64,000 nt of DNA, taken from contig OZ241362.1 in assembly GCA_965200315.1 (NCBI GenBank), positions 2,016,001-2,080,000 of the forward strand, read 5' to 3'. The notes under the pieces were generated by a model, which saw only the letters and a program-made list of their open reading frames with translations, searched no databases and had not been told where the DNA came from. Each line of letters opens with the position of its first letter. Within the stretch, counting starts at the first letter, position 1. The translations under genes were made by a program, and so were the position numbers. The DNA comes from Candidatus Latescibacterota bacterium. Its GTDB lineage: Bacteria; Latescibacterota; UBA2968; UBA8231. Shown in pieces: positions 19,913 through 28,766 of the stretch.

Positions 19913-20146
19913 TGGACCGGCAAAACTCTACTCGTCGACCCCATCGTAGCTTATCCGCAGTTTTGTGAGGAGAAGAAACTCATAGGAGTAACGCCGTGAC
20001 CGAGCAATCCCTATCGAGAGCCCAAGACCATGACGCTTATTACAAATAACGACCTGAGAGAATTTCAACGAATGCTCATTCAGCATCCCCTAATTATTGG
20101 GGCACTAAAATGATAGAAAAAGAGGATTATAGAAAGCAGGATAGGC

Positions 20147-20581
20147 GTGTACGGTATGGAAACGCCAACACTGATGAAAAGCGAAATTACTTTCGTTGGT
20201 TATATAGAAAACGTTAACCATGAACTCAAGGAACCTCAAAGAATGATGTATCTTCATATAACAGGCAGCATAGACTGGAATCAAACCCACGATCAGATTG
20301 CCAACAAATTTGATTTCAGCACAGAATATATAAAACACCTATCCGGCTATCTCCGTCATCAAGAAATTATAAGTAGTGTCATCGGGTGGGACCGTCTTAT
20401 CATACTCATTGTTTTTGTACTCGAAGGCCGTCTCGGTTGTTCAATTGGAGGCTTTTATGACTTATTTCGGAAGATCAAAAAATGTCCACGAAATCAGTGG
20501 AGCGATATAATGGCTAGAGTAATTCTAGAGATCCAAGAGGGTAAACCTATCAAAATATATACTCAAAATACCATGAAGTAG
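20147..20581 (+). CDS. AT-rich hypothetical protein, possibly a pseudogene starting at ATG 20030
   Basis: Low-GC ORF. The in-frame upstream ATG 20030 is separated from it by adjacent TGA TAG stops. Confidence 0.35.
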   Translation: MYGMETPTLMKSEITFVGYIENVNHELKEPQRMMYLHITGSIDWNQTHDQIANKFDFSTEYIKHLSGYLRHQEIISSVIGWDRLIILIVFVLEGRLGCSIGGFYDLFRKIKKCPRNQWSDIMARVILEIQEGKPIKIYTQNTMK

Positions 20582-20619
20582 GTCGGATATTCGGATTGTT
20601 ACAGCTAGAAGCAGTCAAC

Positions 20620-20832
20620 ATGACCGCGACCGCACAAAAAGTCTTCACCGAAACCATTCGCGCCCTACCACCGAGCGAGCAGCTTCGTCTCGCAGCACTC
20701 ATTTTACAGGAGTTGTCCGAAGTAGTTCTTGTGGAACGAAGTGATACTTGGAGCGAACAAGATCAAAGCGACTTAACCGCCGTCTTACAGTATGCGGCGA
20801 AACTCTACCCAGAGAAAGAGTATCTTGTTTAA
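20620..20832 (+). CDS. small antitoxin-like hypothetical protein
   Basis: IRALPPSEQLRLAALILQEL...SDTWSEQD pattern; followed by a GDIVV toxin-start remnant. Confidence 0.5.
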   Translation: MTATAQKVFTETIRALPPSEQLRLAALILQELSEVVLVERSDTWSEQDQSDLTAVLQYAAKLYPEKEYLV

Positions 20833-20908
20833 TTAGGGCGACATAGTAGTGCTTCACCACAGTAATTCGCAATTTTATCCACGCAAAACCTCAAAGGAGC
20901 AAACCTCA

Positions 20909-21931
20909 ATGACCGCACAAAACCAACCCGTCGTCTTCGTCTCACTGACCGGCGATGAAGCCATCAGGCTCTACGACCTCGACCCCCAATCGGGCGCGCT
21001 GGAGCTGCGCGCCACCAGTCCGGCGCACGGCCCGTCGGGTGCGCTCTTTTTACATCCATCGCGCCCCGTGCTCTACGACGGCCACGTCGGGGCCTCAACC
21101 CTCGCCAGCTTCCACCTCGACACCGCATCGGGCGAATTGACCCTAATCAACAAGGTCGATACCGGCCTCGACACCCCCGCGCACCTCATTACCGACCCCG
21201 CTGGTCGCTTTCTCCTCACCGCTTATTACACCGGCGGCGGCGTCACAGTCCACCGCTTGGACGACGACGGAGCCATCGGCGACCTCGTCCAGCGCATCGA
21301 CACCGGCCCCAAGGCACATGCCATCCTGCTGACCGAGGGCGAGCGCTTTGTCTTCGTGCCCCATGTCTATCCCAACAACAAGACCAGCCAGTTCCGCTTC
21401 GACGCCAGCACTGGCCAGCTCTCGCCCAACGACCCGCCCGTGCTGGCTCCACCGGAAGGCGAGCCCGGCCCCCGGCACATCTGCTTCCGCCCGCTCGGCG
21501 ACGTCGCGTACATCGTCAACGAGCAGGGCAACACCGTAACCGCCCACCGCTTCGACCCCGAGCGCGGCACCCTCTCCATTTTTCAGGACATCTCGACCCT
21601 GCCCGCGGACTACACAGAAGGCGGGCACACCGCCCACGTCGAAGTCCATCCCAACGGCCAGTGGTGCTACGCATCCAATCGCGGCCACGACAGCATCGTC
21701 GGCTATAACATCGATGCCGACGGCGCACTCAGCCCGTTTGGGCACTATCCGATACCGGCCAGCCCGCGCTCGTTCAACATCGACCCGACCGGCACGTACC
21801 TGTACGGCGCTGGAGAAGCCGCTGACCGCATGACCTGTTACCAAATCGATGCAACCAGCGGCGCCCTACAGCCCATTGCGGATTACGAAGTGGGCAGTCA
21901 GCCGTTTTGGGTCATGGTGACGACTCTTTAG
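20909..21931 (+). CDS. pgl: 6-phosphogluconolactonase-family 7-bladed beta-propeller lactonase
   Basis: AHLITDPAGRFLLTAYY, KAHAI, PGPRHICF, HPNGQWCYASNRGHDSI, PRSFNIDP; AAGGAG RBS. Confidence 0.8.
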   Translation: MTAQNQPVVFVSLTGDEAIRLYDLDPQSGALELRATSPAHGPSGALFLHPSRPVLYDGHVGASTLASFHLDTASGELTLINKVDTGLDTPAHLITDPAGRFLLTAYYTGGGVTVHRLDDDGAIGDLVQRIDTGPKAHAILLTEGERFVFVPHVYPNNKTSQFRFDASTGQLSPNDPPVLAPPEGEPGPRHICFRPLGDVAYIVNEQGNTVTAHRFDPERGTLSIFQDISTLPADYTEGGHTAHVEVHPNGQWCYASNRGHDSIVGYNIDADGALSPFGHYPIPASPRSFNIDPTGTYLYGAGEAADRMTCYQIDATSGALQPIADYEVGSQPFWVMVTTL

Positions 21932-21973
21932 AGGCCGTGAATGCCACCCCGCATCGGCGCTCTGCGGATCGTC

Positions 21974-23230
21974 TTAGGCCAATCCTAGCGCTTCGTCGAT
22001 GTCCTGCTGATAGGCTCGCACGGCTCCGCCCATAATCTCTTCCATGGACAGCGAACGCCCGGCGAGCGCCGACTCATAGGCCCCCACAATCGCCGCCACG
22101 GCCTGCATCCCGCCGCGGCCATCCACTTCAGGTTGGCCGCCGGTGAGGATGGCTTGGGCAAAGTCGTGGTACTCAATGGCCAAGTGCCGGGAGTCGATTT
22201 CGTAGAAGGATGTTGCAGAAGGATCGTATTCTACGCCGTCGGCACCGAAGAGGCGCTCGGTGATCTCGTCGAGGTGAAAATCCGGCAGGAGCGAGAGGAT
22301 TTCGCGGCCCTTTAGCTCCTTGCCTTCCAAACGCAGCACCGCGGGCCGACCATTGCGGTCGCCGGGGGCATAGAGCGCACCCCAACGCCCGTGGACGCTG
22401 CGCTCCCAACCCCGCCCGCCGCGCCCCGCCACCAGCACGAGCTGCGCCAGCGCACCGGACCGCATCCTGTATAGCGAGACGACAGAATCCTCGCCCGTAG
22501 CCTCTACACTATCGGGATAGGTCTTGGCCCGCTCGCGGTAGGACTCGAGGGGGTGATCGTCGTAGCCTGCTGGCCTGCGCCGCACCGGCTCGACGATGAA
22601 GCCACCGCCGAAGACGTGCGCGTAGTCCCCCATGTAGTATTGGATGATGTCTCCGTAGTGGACGCCCATGTCCAAGCCAATGGCCCCCTTTTCCTTGAGA
22701 TGGCGCCAAGGCGTGATGGTTATGCTGTCGCTGCCACCGGCCGATGCCTGGATCATCAAAAAGGGATCCCCGAGCAAGCCGGACTCGACGACGGCCCGCG
22801 CCAAGCGGTTGGGCGGGTCGCGGCGGTAGTTTTCGGCGGTGGCCAGCACGGCACCGCCGGTGTGGGCTGCGTCGATCATGGCTTGGCAGGCGCGTATGGT
22901 AATGCCGAGGGGCTTTTCCACCAGCGCGTGCTTGCCGGCCAACAGAGCCGGCACGGCCACTTGGTGATGCGTCGAGCCGTCGGTAACCACATCTATGGCT
23001 AGGATATCATCGCGCTTGAGCATCGAGTCCATATCCGTAAAGATCAGGGGCTCGCGCCCGAACAGCCGCTGCACTTCGCGGGCGGCGAACTCGGCGTTCG
23101 CTCGGTTCACGTCGCAGACGGCCATCAATTCAACATTGCCAATGCCGCTATCTTCCAACACCTTGTAGGCCAAGATGTGGCGATGGCCCATGCCGCCGCA
23201 GCCGACGACGCAAAGCGGTACTTTCTCCAT
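21974..23230 (-). CDS. Gfo/Idh/MocA family oxidoreductase
   Basis: VVGCGGMG, HALVEKPL, AENYRRDP, LDMGVHYGD. Confidence 0.9.
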   Translation of the reverse strand: MEKVPLCVVGCGGMGHRHILAYKVLEDSGIGNVELMAVCDVNRANAEFAAREVQRLFGREPLIFTDMDSMLKRDDILAIDVVTDGSTHHQVAVPALLAGKHALVEKPLGITIRACQAMIDAAHTGGAVLATAENYRRDPPNRLARAVVESGLLGDPFLMIQASAGGSDSITITPWRHLKEKGAIGLDMGVHYGDIIQYYMGDYAHVFGGGFIVEPVRRRPAGYDDHPLESYRERAKTYPDSVEATGEDSVVSLYRMRSGALAQLVLVAGRGGRGWERSVHGRWGALYAPGDRNGRPAVLRLEGKELKGREILSLLPDFHLDEITERLFGADGVEYDPSATSFYEIDSRHLAIEYHDFAQAILTGGQPEVDGRGGMQAVAAIVGAYESALAGRSLSMEEIMGGAVRAYQQDIDEALGLA

Positions 23231-23314
23231 ATTATGGCTCTCCTGTTTTGGTATGCGGAAAGTCGTGCGCGGCTACGGGCATTGTCAAGGGGAAGGCAAA
23301 ATCGCGGGAGGAAC

Positions 23315-25276
23315 ATGTTGCTAAAACGCTCTCCATCAACGCTAAAAGGCTGTACGCCCAAGGCACTGATCTTCGGACTGCTCGGTGCCGCTTGCATGGG
23401 CCTCGGCTCGACCTACAACGATATGATCGTCAAAGGCTCCGGGCTGGCCGTGTGGAACCTGACCCCTGGGGCGACTTTTCTCTTCTTTGTGCTAGTCCTC
23501 CTCTTAAACCCGCTCTTGAGATTGCTGCATCCGCGCCTGCCCCTGCAGCGCGGCGAACTGGCCGTGGCCTTCTTCCTCATCCTGCTGGCCAACACCTTGT
23601 CGGGTCGCGGCCTACCCGCGCAGCTCCTGCCAGTAATCACTGGGGCCTATTACTACGCCACGCCGGAAAACGGTTGGGCCGAGATCGTCCAGCCCTACAT
23701 GCCCGATTGGCCGGTGCCCCAAAGCCGCGACGCCATTTGGGGCTTTTACGAGGGCGACCCGACCGGGGCCGTGCCGTGGGCAATTTGGGCGGCTCCTCTG
23801 TTGTACTGGGCCGTGTTCGGTCTAGCCCTCTTTCTGGCCATGGTGTGCCTGATGGTAATTGTGCGGCGGCAATGGGTAGAGCACGAGCGTTTGGCCTATC
23901 CCATGATCCAGCTTCCCTTGGCCATGATCACCGACGACGGGCGCGGACGAGCCATCAAACCCCTGTTCCGCAGCGGATTGATGTGGCTGGGGTTTGCCAT
24001 CCCCTTTGTTCTAGCCTCGATCAACGCCTTGCACAATTACTTCGCGATCGTTCCTACCGTCAGCACTTCGCTCGGCGGCTTGTCTTTGTTCCGCGGCGCA
24101 GTGTCGCTGGGCTTGAATCTAAACCTGTCGATGGTGGGCTTCTCCTATTTCATCCCGCAGAACATCGCCTTGGGCTTGGTCTTTTTTTACATCGTCAATG
24201 TGGTACAGCGCGGGTTGCTGGGGATGCTGGCTTGGGGGGGCAAGGACGAGACCATGGGCGCGTACAGCCAGTACACCGACCCGATCATCATCCACCAAGC
24301 CATGGGCGGCATGATCGTCTTGGTCGTGGGGTCCTTGTGGGTGGGCCGGCGTCATCTCAGGGACGTGCTGCGCAAGGCGTTGGGCCGTGCGCCCGAGGTA
24401 AAAGACGCCGATGAAATTGCCTCCTATGGCGTGGCCGTGTGGGGAGCCATAGCCAGCTTCTTGGTGATGGGGGTCTGGCTCTGGCAATCCGGCATTCCGC
24501 TTCCTTTTGTTCCCCTGCTGCTGTTCGGCGCATTTGTCGGGTTTATGACCATTGCCCGCGTCGTCGCGCAAGGTGGAGTCGCGTCGATGTTTCCGCCGAC
24601 CAACGGACCAGACTTTGTCGTCGCCAATGTCGGGGGCACCGTGTTGGGCACTAAAGGCATGGCCGGCATGGCCCTGAGCTATGCCTGGAGCGTGGACACC
24701 TTGATCTTGCTGATGAGCGCGTGCGCCAACGGCCTGAAGCTCGTCACCGAAATCAGCCTACCTCAGCGCCGCCGCCTATTCGGGGCCACCTTTGCGGTAA
24801 TCGTCCTGACGCTGAGCTGCGTCGTCTCCTTAACTCTCTATCTAGGCTATCAGTACGGGGCCATTAATTTGTCGCGGTTTTACTTTGATAACGTCGCTCA
24901 ATATCCCTATCGGTTCATGGAGAAGAGCATCCTCAATCCATTCGCGCCGCGGCCGAGCACTTGGATGCACATAGGCACTGGCGCGGCGATCATGGGCGGG
25001 CTGATGGCAGCCCAGCACCGATTTCTGTGGTGGCCTTTCCACTCGCTCGGATTTCCGATTAGCTGCGTCTTTGGATCGATGTGGTTCAGCGTGTTTGTCG
25101 CTTGGCTCCTCAAGGGTACGGTGCTCAAATATGGCGGGCTGACGCTGTTGAACCGCCTCAAGCCCTTCTTTTTAGGGCTGGTCTTGGGCGAGGCCGTAGC
25201 GGCCGGGACTTGGATACTCATCGACTATGTAATCGGCATGCAAAACAACTATCTGGGGGGGATTGTGTTTCAGTGA
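23315..25276 (+). CDS. polytopic membrane protein, DUF6785/DUF6784-like (OPT-superfamily-like transporter)
   Basis: ATG 23315 after GGAGG; YYATPENGW, IVRRQWVEHERLAYPM, WWPFHSLGF, PFFLGLVLGE; more than 14 TM; paralog at 57928. Confidence 0.7.
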   Translation: MLLKRSPSTLKGCTPKALIFGLLGAACMGLGSTYNDMIVKGSGLAVWNLTPGATFLFFVLVLLLNPLLRLLHPRLPLQRGELAVAFFLILLANTLSGRGLPAQLLPVITGAYYYATPENGWAEIVQPYMPDWPVPQSRDAIWGFYEGDPTGAVPWAIWAAPLLYWAVFGLALFLAMVCLMVIVRRQWVEHERLAYPMIQLPLAMITDDGRGRAIKPLFRSGLMWLGFAIPFVLASINALHNYFAIVPTVSTSLGGLSLFRGAVSLGLNLNLSMVGFSYFIPQNIALGLVFFYIVNVVQRGLLGMLAWGGKDETMGAYSQYTDPIIIHQAMGGMIVLVVGSLWVGRRHLRDVLRKALGRAPEVKDADEIASYGVAVWGAIASFLVMGVWLWQSGIPLPFVPLLLFGAFVGFMTIARVVAQGGVASMFPPTNGPDFVVANVGGTVLGTKGMAGMALSYAWSVDTLILLMSACANGLKLVTEISLPQRRRLFGATFAVIVLTLSCVVSLTLYLGYQYGAINLSRFYFDNVAQYPYRFMEKSILNPFAPRPSTWMHIGTGAAIMGGLMAAQHRFLWWPFHSLGFPISCVFGSMWFSVFVAWLLKGTVLKYGGLTLLNRLKPFFLGLVLGEAVAAGTWILIDYVIGMQNNYLGGIVFQ

Positions 25277-25334
25277 AGTGCGCTTGAACGACGCTGTTGA
25301 AACAGCTATCTTATCCAACCAAAGGCCCAGCCCC

Positions 25335-26174
25335 ATGATGACGCCCGACCAACGCTATTTTTTCGATTTGACCGGCTACCTCCACTTGCGCAACGTGCTC
25401 AGCCCAGAGGAGCTCGCGCCCGCGCAAGCAGCAGCCGACCGCTACATCAACATGCCGCCCGAAGAGTGGCCGCCCGAATTCGGCGCGAATCTCGAGCGCC
25501 GCGACATCACCGGCTATCAGCACGGCTTTGCCTTTGACAAAAGCCTCGAAGTGCTCACCCGGCATCCTACTACTTGGCCGATCCTCATGGAACTCACCGA
25601 CCGCCGGCCGCGCCTCACCGGCGGCACCCTCGGCTATAACCGCCACGGCCACGGCTTCCACTACCTGCACGCCGGGTGGCAGCCGTCCAAACGGCCCGAT
25701 GTGCGGCGCTATTACCTCGAAGACGGCCAAGTCCGCTGCACAGACTTTATTTTCTTTTTTTATTTGAGCGATGTCTTCCCCGGCGACGGCGGCCTCATCG
25801 TCTTGCCCGGCTCGCACAAGGCCCATTTCGACCGGCCCCGAGGGATGTTTTATCTAGACTCCAAAGACGACGAGGACAGGGCCTACGTCGCCCACACCGT
25901 GCCCCCGGGCGTCCACAATGTCTGCGCCCGCGCCGGCGATGTGGTCATCATGCCCGAGCACCTCACGCACGGCGCGCTCACTTGGCGGCCCCGCGACCGC
26001 GACCGCCGCTTCCTGATCCTGCGCTACAACGTCCAGCACATGCTCACTGGCCAGCGCCGCCCTTTTCCAGACGCCATTCGCCAGCGGCTCGACCCCGAGA
26101 CGATTGACCTGATCGAATTGGCTCCGTACTACGAACACAAAGCCCTCGTCAAAAAGCGCGAAAACATCGCCTAA
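25335..26174 (+). CDS. phytanoyl-CoA dioxygenase (PhyH) family Fe(II)/2OG dioxygenase
   Basis: YFFDLTGYLHLRNVL, LHAG, YLSDVFPGDGGLIVLPGSHKA, AGDVVIMPEHLTHG, RRFL. Confidence 0.85.
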   Translation: MMTPDQRYFFDLTGYLHLRNVLSPEELAPAQAAADRYINMPPEEWPPEFGANLERRDITGYQHGFAFDKSLEVLTRHPTTWPILMELTDRRPRLTGGTLGYNRHGHGFHYLHAGWQPSKRPDVRRYYLEDGQVRCTDFIFFFYLSDVFPGDGGLIVLPGSHKAHFDRPRGMFYLDSKDDEDRAYVAHTVPPGVHNVCARAGDVVIMPEHLTHGALTWRPRDRDRRFLILRYNVQHMLTGQRRPFPDAIRQRLDPETIDLIELAPYYEHKALVKKRENIA

Positions 26175-26179
26175 ATTCC

Positions 26180-26947
26180 ATGACATCACAGCAAAACAGC
26201 AGACAGTTGAGCTTCCGCGCCCGCGTCCCAGTCTTCGACGCCAACATCGGCGTTGGCCACTGCCACGACCGGCCCTCACCGTTTGCCGATGTGGCCGGCC
26301 TGCGGGCGGAGATGCAGCGCCACGGCGTGGAGCGCGGCCTGATCTACCACCTCCAAGGCGAAACCCTCAGCGCGATTGAGGGCAACGAGGCCCTGCGCGC
26401 TTGGCGTGGCGACGGACTCGTCCCCCAATGGGTCGCCGGGCCGAGTGCGGACTCGTTGGCGCAACTGCGCGCGCTTCACGCCGCCGGCGAGGTCTCTAGC
26501 GTCCGCCTGCACAATACCGAGGCGAGCCGCGTCCCCTTTGCCGACTGGATCTACGGCGAGTTGCTCGCTTGGCTGGCAGCCGAGCGCATCCCCCTGTGGA
26601 TTTCGCTGGCCGACACGCCGGTTGCCGAAGTCATGGAGACGCTGCGCCGCTTCCCGGATGTACAGGCCGTGCTCCTCGGTGCACACTACGTGCATTCCCT
26701 CGCCTTGCGCCCCCTGCTCAGGGCACTGCCCCAAGCGGCAATGGAGCTGAGCCGCTTTGAGAATCTGGGCGGCATCGAGGCGCTGATCGGCGAATTTGGC
26801 GTGGAGCGCTTCCTCTATGGGTCGTACTATCCGCGCTACGCCATGGGGCCGATGCTCTTTTACCTGCACCACTTGGCCATTGACGACGACGCGCTCGCGG
26901 CTTTGGCTGCGGGCAATCTAGAGCGCATTCTCGGAGGAGCCGCGTGA
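26180..26947 (+). CDS. amidohydrolase-fold protein with degenerate metal ligands
   Basis: VFDANIGVG in place of DxHxH; FLYGSYYP in place of GSD.P; AGNLERIL C-terminus. Confidence 0.7.
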   Translation: MTSQQNSRQLSFRARVPVFDANIGVGHCHDRPSPFADVAGLRAEMQRHGVERGLIYHLQGETLSAIEGNEALRAWRGDGLVPQWVAGPSADSLAQLRALHAAGEVSSVRLHNTEASRVPFADWIYGELLAWLAAERIPLWISLADTPVAEVMETLRRFPDVQAVLLGAHYVHSLALRPLLRALPQAAMELSRFENLGGIEALIGEFGVERFLYGSYYPRYAMGPMLFYLHHLAIDDDALAALAAGNLERILGGAA

Positions 26948-27678
26948 TTATCGACTTTCACGGCCATGTAGGCCGTTGGGACTCCCTCGACATGGTCGAC
27001 GACCCGGGCGAGATGCTGCGCACCATGGATGCGGTGGGGATCGACAAAAGCTGCGTCTTCAACATCTTCCATCCCGAGGGCAAGCCCGGCAACGACCAGA
27101 CGGCGGCTTTTGTCGCCCGCCATCCCGATCGCTTTATTGGCTTTGCTTACGTGTGCCCCACCTGCCCCGACACCGTGCAGCCCGAGCTAAAAAGAGCCAT
27201 CGACGAACTCGGGTTCCGGGCGATCAAAATATACCCGCCCTATACGCCCTTTCCGCTCGACGATCCGGCTTGGGATCCAATCTACGGCTTTGCCGCGGAG
27301 CGCGGCCTCGCGGTCTTGGCGCACACCGGCGGCGAGCCAACGGCCGCGCCCGCCCAGTTTGGCCGCGCAGCCGAGCGCTTCCCCCACGCCCGCTTCGTCG
27401 CCGGCCATTCCGGCAACATCGAGCCGTATCGCAGCCAAGCCATTGCCGCGGCCCAGTGCTTGCCCAACTACTTCCTCGAAACTTGTTCGACCTTCCGCAC
27501 CCCAGGCGTCATCGAAGAGCTGGTGGCCAAGGCCGGGGCCGACCGCGTACTCTTCGGCTCGGATATGCCCCTGATGGACCCCCGCCCACAGCTTGGCAAG
27601 ATCATCACCGCGGCCATTGACGACGACGCCAAGCGCCTCATCCTCGGCGAAAACGCCCGCGGCCTGCTCGGGCTGTAA
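26944..27678 (+). CDS. amidohydrolase family protein
   Basis: IIDFHGH, AIKIYP, LAHTG, AGHSG, VLFGSDMP, ILGENA; GTGA overlap with the previous gene. Confidence 0.88.
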   Translation: MIIDFHGHVGRWDSLDMVDDPGEMLRTMDAVGIDKSCVFNIFHPEGKPGNDQTAAFVARHPDRFIGFAYVCPTCPDTVQPELKRAIDELGFRAIKIYPPYTPFPLDDPAWDPIYGFAAERGLAVLAHTGGEPTAAPAQFGRAAERFPHARFVAGHSGNIEPYRSQAIAAAQCLPNYFLETCSTFRTPGVIEELVAKAGADRVLFGSDMPLMDPRPQLGKIITAAIDDDAKRLILGENARGLLGL

Positions 27679-27683
27679 GACGC

Positions 27684-27720
27684 AAAAAGCCCGCCGGCCA
27701 CAAGGGCCAGCGGGCTTTGC
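27684..27720. terminator. probable bidirectional intrinsic terminator
   Basis: aaaaagcccgccggcc-acaag-ggccagcgggcttt hairpin between convergent genes. Confidence 0.75.
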
Positions 27721-27740
27721 AAAGGGTGTGAAACCAGATA

Positions 27741-28673
27741 TTACTGCTGGTACTGGTACTTAATCCGGCCCCAACTCTGCTCCTCGACCGCAGTCGGCTC
27801 GCCCCAATCAATGGTGTCGTCCATGGGGGAGATGAGCAGGTCCTGCGAAGAGTGACAACAGTTCGTCGGGGTCGTCGCCCACATGCCAACGCGGTTGTCG
27901 GCATCGCCGGCGCTGTCGTCCACGTCGCTGACAAAAATCGAAAAGCCGATCACCTCGCCCGCAGTCAGGTCGTGCTCAATCACCTGATCTTCCGTGATGT
28001 TCTCGTCGGTGGGCTTGGGATACGAATCAATGGCGATCGTGCGGAACTCGTAGATATACGTGCTCTCGCCGTACTCCTCGCCCTCGAAGCTATAGGTGCA
28101 GTAGTACCAACGGCTGCCGTTGGACAACAGCGTCGGGTTCTCGACATCGCTGCTACTGACCGCAGCCGTTTGCAGGGCCGGGCCGAAATTGCCGTTGAGC
28201 GCCGGAAACGCGAATGAGTACTTGTGGTGAGTCACCACGTCTTCGGGCTTGGGCAAGTAGTCGTGCCGCGGGTTGAACTCGATCTCAATGCTGTCGTCCC
28301 ACCAATAGGAACCCAAGTCTTGGCGGGTGATCGTGTGCTTGTTGTCGAACACTTTCGTCGTCACGTAGATTTCGTTACGCGAGTCGTTCCAACCCAAAAT
28401 GTGGCGAATCTGCATCGAAGCCGGATCCATGCCGCCGCGCGGCACATCGTCGCCAGCAAAGCCGTGTACCGAAAAGAGCTTCGCACTCGGAATGGCGTAC
28501 ACTTCGAGCGGCACAGCCGACCAATCGTCGTCAAATCCGTCGATATTCGGCACATTCGCATCGGGGAACTGCACGGCGAGGAAGACCTCGCCCGGGGGTT
28601 CGTGCGCCCCGGCGGCTAGCGCAAAAGCCAATAGCGCGATTGACGTCAGACCACAGGTAAAAAGACGCTTCAT
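27741..28673 (-). CDS. secreted CBM9/DOMON-like protein with C-terminal PTAVEEQSWGRIK tail
   Basis: Signal peptide (ALAAGA), PNIDGFDDDW, LGWNDSRNEIYV, DDSIEI, YIYEF, LTAGEVIGFSIFVSDVD. Confidence 0.6.
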   Translation of the reverse strand: MKRLFTCGLTSIALLAFALAAGAHEPPGEVFLAVQFPDANVPNIDGFDDDWSAVPLEVYAIPSAKLFSVHGFAGDDVPRGGMDPASMQIRHILGWNDSRNEIYVTTKVFDNKHTITRQDLGSYWWDDSIEIEFNPRHDYLPKPEDVVTHHKYSFAFPALNGNFGPALQTAAVSSSDVENPTLLSNGSRWYYCTYSFEGEEYGESTYIYEFRTIAIDSYPKPTDENITEDQVIEHDLTAGEVIGFSIFVSDVDDSAGDADNRVGMWATTPTNCCHSSQDLLISPMDDTIDWGEPTAVEEQSWGRIKYQYQQ

Positions 28674-28766
28674 AGCTACCTCCTTGGGGGTAAGTGGGCG
28701 GTAAAAAACTAAATCACAACTGAACCACTAATCTGCAAATGTAGGCAAATGACTCGCCAAATACAA

